A DNA stretch of 64,000 bases, taken from positions 16,696-80,695 of the forward strand of contig NIVC01000112.1 of the NCBI GenBank assembly GCA_002269645.1, given 5' to 3'. Shown here piece by piece: positions 58,703 through 64,000 of the stretch. Position 1 is the stretch's first letter; each line of letters begins with the position of its first letter. The notes beneath the pieces were generated by a model. The model worked only from the letters and a program-made list of their open reading frames with translations, searched no databases and was not told where the DNA came from. The DNA is from Macrostomum lignano. Its lineage: Eukaryota. The position numbers and the translations under genes are program-made.

Positions 58703-61700
58703 ATGGAGCAAAAGGTGCTCCTGCTTCTTTTGCTGGCGGCTCTGGCGAATGCCGGTAAGATCTTGAAGGCAATGGGGTGGATGAGATGGGCAATTCTAGC
58801 TTAAGCTGGTTATATATTCTAGGTGGTTTAACAATACTTATGATGGATAACTTTGTCCTAGACTGCCTGTATTAGTTGTGTTAGCAAGTTAGCTCTCATA
58901 GGTTAGACAGTCCTTTGTGTCACATGTTAGACCGTCCTTTGTGTCACATGTTAGACAGTCCTTTGTGTCACATATTAGACAGTCCTTTGTGTCACATGTT
59001 AGACCGTCCTTTGTGTCACATGTTAGACCGTCCTTTGTGTCACATGATAGACCGTCCTTTGTGTCACATGTTAGACCGTCCTTTGTGTCACATGTTAGAC
59101 AGTCCTTTGTGTCACATGTTAGACCGTCCTTTGTGTCACATGTTAGACCGTCCTTTGTGTCACATATTAGACAGTCCTTTGTGTCACATGTTAGACAGTC
59201 CTTTGTGTCACATGTTAGACCGTCCTTTGTGTCACATGTTAGACCGTCCTTTGTGTCACATGATAGACCGTCCTTTGTGTCACATGTTAGACCGTCCTTT
59301 GTGTCACATGTTAGACAGTCCTTTGTGTCACATATTAGACAGTCCTTTGTGTCACATGTTAGACAGTCCTTTGTGTCACATGTTAGACAGTCCTTTGTGT
59401 CACATGTTAGACCGTCCTTTGTGTCACATGTTAGACCGTCCTTTGTGTCACATGATAGACCGTCCTTTGTGTCACATGTTAGACAGTCCTTTGTGTCACA
59501 TATTAGACAGTCCTTTGTGTCACATGTTAGACAGTCCTTTGTGTCACATATTAGACAGTCCTTTGTGTCACATGTTAGACCGTCCTTTGTGTCACATGTT
59601 AGACCGTCCTTTGTGTCACATATTAGACAGTCCTTTGTGTCACATGTTAGACAGTCCTTTGTGTCACATATTAGACAGTCCTTTGTGTCACATGTTAGAC
59701 CGTCCTTTGTGTCACATGTTAGACCGTCCTTTGTGTCACATGTTAGACCGTCCTTTGTGTCACATGTTAGACCGTCCTTTGTGTCACATATTAGACAGTC
59801 CTTTGTGTCACATGTTAGACCGTCCTTTGTGTCACATATTAGACAGTCATATGCGTCATGTTAGGCAGTCATATGTGTCACATGTTAGACAGTCATGTGT
59901 GACATTCAGGGTATTAACGTTTAATTAGCACCTGTTGTTACTGATCCGCGCCAACCGTGCAGGGCCGCTGACAAGTCGACATCGAGGCGGCGGCTGCGCC
60001 TTGAGCTGCCCGCGGGCCGCGCAGCCGCCAGCCTACTCAGTCGGTCGGGCGTACACCTTCGACTACTCCACCGACATGCGCGCTCATATTCGCGGCGCAA
60101 CCGAAGAATCGGCCGGACTGCAGCTCAGCGCTCGGGTCGTGTTTGACTTCCTGGCACCGTGCGAGGTCGCTATGCGCCTGTCAAACATCCGGGTGCAGGA
60201 GCTGGACCCCGCTGGAGAAGCCTGGCTGGACAGCCCGCAGCAGGCCCGGTTCGAGCAGGAGCTCACCGCCTCTGATGCGCACTTTGCCTTCGCCAACGGC
60301 CTGGTTGGCGACGTCTGCGCTGAAGTGGCGGAGCCGGACTGGGTGCTCAACATCAAGAAGGCCATGATTGGCCTGCTGCAGAACAGCAACACTGAGCAGC
60401 GGGACGGCTTCGAGGGAGTCGAGGTTAGTTGGCTTTGAAGTTTTAATTAAGGTTGCCCTGATAGGGAAGGGAAGACAGTTGGTTAGGGAGTCTCAGACAC
60501 TGCAGGCTGGAGTGGAAGCTAATGAGGCCAGGGAGTCTCAGACAGTGCAGGCTGGAGTGGAAGCTAGTGAGGCCAGGTCTCAGACACTGCAGGCTGGAGT
60601 GGAAGCTAATGAGGCCAGGGAGTCTCAGACACTGCAGGCTGGAGTGGAAGCTAATGAGGCTTAGGGAGTCTCAGACAGTGCAGGCTGGAGTGGAAGCTAA
60701 TGAGGCTTAGGGAGTCTCAGACAGTGCAGGCTGGAGTGGAAGCTAATGAGGCCAGGGAGTCTCAGACAGTGCAGGCTGGAGTGGAAGCTAATGAGGCCAG
60801 GGAGTCTCAGACACTGCAGGCTGGAGTGGAAGCTAGTGAGGCCAGGGAGTCTCAGACAGTGCAGGCTGGAGTGGAAGCTAGTGAGGCCAGGGAGTCTCAG
60901 ACAGTGCAGGCTGGAGTGGAAGCTAATGAGGCTTAGGGAGTCTCAGACAGTGCAGGCTGGAGTGGAAGCTAATGAGGCTTAGGGAGTCTCAGACAGTGCA
61001 GGCTGGAGTGGAAGCTAATGAGGCTTAGGGAGTCTCAGACAGTGCAGGCTGGAGTGGAAGCTAATGAGGCTTAGGGAGCCATAGAGAGTGCAGGCAAGCA
61101 GAGCTGAAATCATTTTTTTAATTCTGCACACTAAGAGGCATTGGTTCCTTTAATTTGCACTAATTCGCACTTTTTACTATAAAAATAGACAATAGAAGAA
61201 AGGCTTACTTTCTAGCTTTCCTTTGAGTTGAATTCGATCGCAAATCCTCCTCTACCCAGGATTTCGCTCTTACCAGCTCAATGGTTCTTGAATGGGAAGT
61301 TCGAATAAATTTTTACGAGTAGTTAAAGAATGCCAAATTTAGGCAAACTAACCTTCAAAATTTGTGGCGAAAAGTTATTTATTCCTTGATTTTTATTTAA
61401 CCCAAAAGTTCTAGAAAAGAATGGTTTCAATAGCTCGTTTTAATAGCTCGTAGTTTTGCACGGATTTCGAGATGAAGATACTTTTACAAACTGCTAACCC
61501 CCTGCTGCCATAACAGACGGACATCAGCGGTCGGTGCAAGGTGACCTACAACGTCCAGCAAGATTCGTCGAAAGGAGCGAGCGTCACCAAGGTCACCGAC
61601 CTTATGAGCTGCCCCGACCAGCAGAAGGTGCGCAGCAGTTTCCAGAGCAGCTCGTACCGGACCTCGGCCCGAATCCAATCCATGCCGCTGACTAGGGCTA

Positions 61701-64000
61701 ACCGCACCTGCCGAGCTCAATACGACACTTCCGGCCACCTGAAGAGCTCAGTGTGCTCCGAGGAGCATCTGTTCCGACCGTTCAGCACGGAAACTGCCGG
61801 AGCTGTGACTACAGTGCAGCAGAAAATGACCTTCGTTGGCACCGGCGGCATTGTCCGAATCGCTCACGGTGAGAGTCCACTGGCTTCTCATATCTGCATG
61901 GTTGCAGTACCCCAGCACCCCATGCTAATTAGTTGAAGCAAGAATAGGAAAATTTCTGCCAAGAAAGCAAACATTTTGGCTTGCTTTTTTCTAAGTTGCA
62001 TTTCCGCGACAGAATGAGGCTTCTGCGGCTTGAGCAGCTAGAGAGGCGCCCCACACGGGTGCCTTATCGGAGTTTAGCAGCCAACTAATTATCTTTGCTT
62101 ACTGGGCTTGGCCATGCTAACCCAGAGCCTTAATTTGGAGCTGCCTTGACGATAAGCAGAAGTGTTGTTGCTTGTTTGAGGGCGAAAAGCGAAAGCGCAG
62201 AGGGTCAAAGTAGAGTTTTCATGTCCTCTGACCGCTTGGGGGGCACACAGCCGATTATCTGGTTGCTTCTTATCAGTAACTCTGCTCTCAAAGTTTAGGG
62301 CGAGGGTCACCTTGCTATCTATAGGTAGGTGAACCACTGACTGCATTTTGAGTTTCTGCCTGCCCTTAGGAAAACTTCAGTTGCATATGCTTGCTTCCTC
62401 TGGGGTTAAACTTTATTTTAAATTACTTCATGAACTGTCACTTAGCAATTACGATCGTACTGCATTTCAGTACAACGCTGTACTCGTATTTTTGAGAAGA
62501 ATAATTACGCCAAATCATTGCAACAAAAACATTTCAGACCACGTATTTCAGCGCAGCAAGCTAGAGTATCAGCATCATGACTTTAAACAGACATCGGAGA
62601 ATCCAGTTGAGAATGTCAGGTCTGTGCTCAGCAGCCTCTGCGACCTCGGTACAGCCATCGGCCCCAAGACGCCAGTTCTCTTTAACGAGCTGATCTACAG
62701 ACTGAAGGAGCTGACAACCGAGCAGCTGGTAACCATGCGCAGAGACGTCGAAGGTTTCAGCGTGTGCCGAAGAAACAATCAGATGGCAAAGCAGTTCTTC
62801 TTTGACGCCCTGCCTGCAGTGACGACTCCGGCTGCTGTGCAGATGATGAACGGACTGATCGCCAGCGGCCAGGTCTCCAACACCGAAGCGGACGCGTGGC
62901 TCACATCGCTCGCCTTTGTGCAGGACCCGAGCAAGGAGATGCTCGAGAGCCTTCTGCCTCTACTGCAGGTTGAGGAGCCAAGAACGCAAGCTCAACTTGG
63001 AATTACCGCCGTTGTCAACCAGTACTGCAGCAGCCGGACTCGCTGCGAAACAGAAACCGTCGTGAAAAGCGTTGGCGCTGCTCTTCAGCGGCTGATCGGA
63101 TCGGATTGCTCCACCGGCGATAGGCGAACCCTCTTGGTGGCTCTGAAGGCTATCGGAAACGCTGGACACCTGACTGAGCTTTTGCCAAATCTTGCTCGAT
63201 GTGCCAACAAGGAGTCCAACCTCATGGAGGTGCGCGTCGCCGCTATTGAAGCCCTTCGACGAACTCCGTGCTCCGTTGATAGGAGGCCTCTGCTGAGACT
63301 TATCAGAAACATGGACCTTGACTCGGAGCTGCGCATCACCGCTTATCTGGGTCTTATGGCTTGCCCAACGATCGAAGTCTTTGATACGGTCCGCGAGCTT
63401 CTGACAGCCGAAAGCAGCAATCAATTCGCCTCCTTCATGTGGACGCATTTGACCAATTTGCTAGAAACTTCCGATCCGCACAAACAGGACATTCGCCTGA
63501 TCGTGGAAGATGTGAAACTGAAGAAGCAATACGACATGGACAAACTAAAGTTCAGTCGAAACATTGAGAAATCATTCTTCTCCAATTACTTGAACGCTGG
63601 CGCGAAGGTTGAATCCAATCTCATTTGGTCCCAAAAGAGCTTCCTTCCGAGGTCGGCGACTCTAAACATGACGCTCGACCTTTTTGGCAAGTCGCTGAAC
63701 TTCCTAGAAGTTGGCGGCCGAGTCCAGGGAATGGAGGTGCTGCTAGAGAAGTACCTGGGTCCGAAAAGTAACAAGAGCAATGAGACTGACACTAACACCC
63801 AGCTTGCCCAGCTAGACGAAACATTCAAGCTGATTGAGGAGAAGATCGGAGGCAATCTGGATATCAAGATCTTTGGTCATCAAGTTGCATTCCTCGACTT
63901 ATGGAAGGAAGACATGGAGATAAGCGGTAGTAACATTCTCAAGCTGCTCAACTCGCTCAGGCAAATGAGAGAAATCAACTGTACAGTCCATTTCCTTTTG
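58703..64000 (+). CDS. Large lipid transfer protein (apolipophorin/apoB-like, Vitellogenin_N plus DUF1943 region); 5' partial, continues past the window
   Basis: Exons 58703-58754 (signal peptide MEQKVLLLLLLAALANA), 59963-60423, 61517-61868 and 62538->64000 (open to the edge, so absent from the ORF track); phases 1, 0, 1 are consistent. Motifs: EPDWVLNIKKAMIGLLQN, TDISGRC, LKAIGNAG, ELRITAYL, FSRNIEKS, SFLPRSATLNMTLDLFGKSLNFLEVGGRVQGME. Confidence 0.92.
58903..59895. repeat. 24-bp minisatellite (GTCCTTTGTGTCACATGTTAGACM), about 41 copies, apolipophorin-like intron 1
   Basis: Direct periodicity of 24; explains ORFs 58915-59928. Confidence 0.97.
60486..61077. repeat. 45-46-bp minisatellite, about 13 copies, apolipophorin-like intron 2
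   Basis: Unit AGGGAGTCTCAGACAGTGCAGGCTGGAGTGGAAGCTAATGAGGCC. Confidence 0.95.

Noticed and set aside
56041-59928. Repetitive ORFs (QTLG, SVLV, LCVC, CHMLDRPL)
   Set aside because: All map onto 12-, 10-12- and 24-bp tandem arrays; the last lies inside a well-defined intron.
60368-60982. RESQTVQAGVEANEA repeat ORFs as a possible alternative exon
   Set aside because: They lie within intron 2, are broken by 46-bp variants that introduce TAG, and lack flanking splice signals; exons 2 and 3 join in phase without them.

Overview
Eukaryotic, intron-containing animal genomic DNA. GC-rich exons, minisatellite-filled introns and the gene set resemble a Macrostomum-type flatworm, but that is an inference and not provable here. 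There is no rRNA, intact tRNA or CRISPR. Six protein-coding genes were reconstructed: a 9-exon Hsp110 (+, 2842-13453) with a heat-shock element; a 5-exon long-chain acyl-CoA synthetase of ACSL3/4 type (-, 14962-20191); a 2-exon DHHC palmitoyltransferase (-, 25097-27133); a single-exon class A GPCR with an unusual ~400 aa ectodomain (+, 28411-30864); an intronless prohormone convertase PC2 (-, 45986-47890); and the 5' part of an apolipophorin/apoB-like lipid transfer protein (+, 58703 to beyond the window end). Hsp110 and ACSL each need one extra base to restore the conserved frame. Non-coding DNA holds about 23 tandem arrays, and 13 of 16 coding introns carry their own private array. Mobile DNA includes a decayed RTE-like LINE, a tRNA-derived SINE, a decayed THAP-domain TIR transposon, a hAT MITE nested in an inverted copy of itself, and other TIR elements. 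The most notable observations are the GPCR ectodomain, an identical RFX X-box upstream of both divergent genes PC2 and apolipophorin, the intron-private minisatellites, and tandem arrays growing inside TIR elements.
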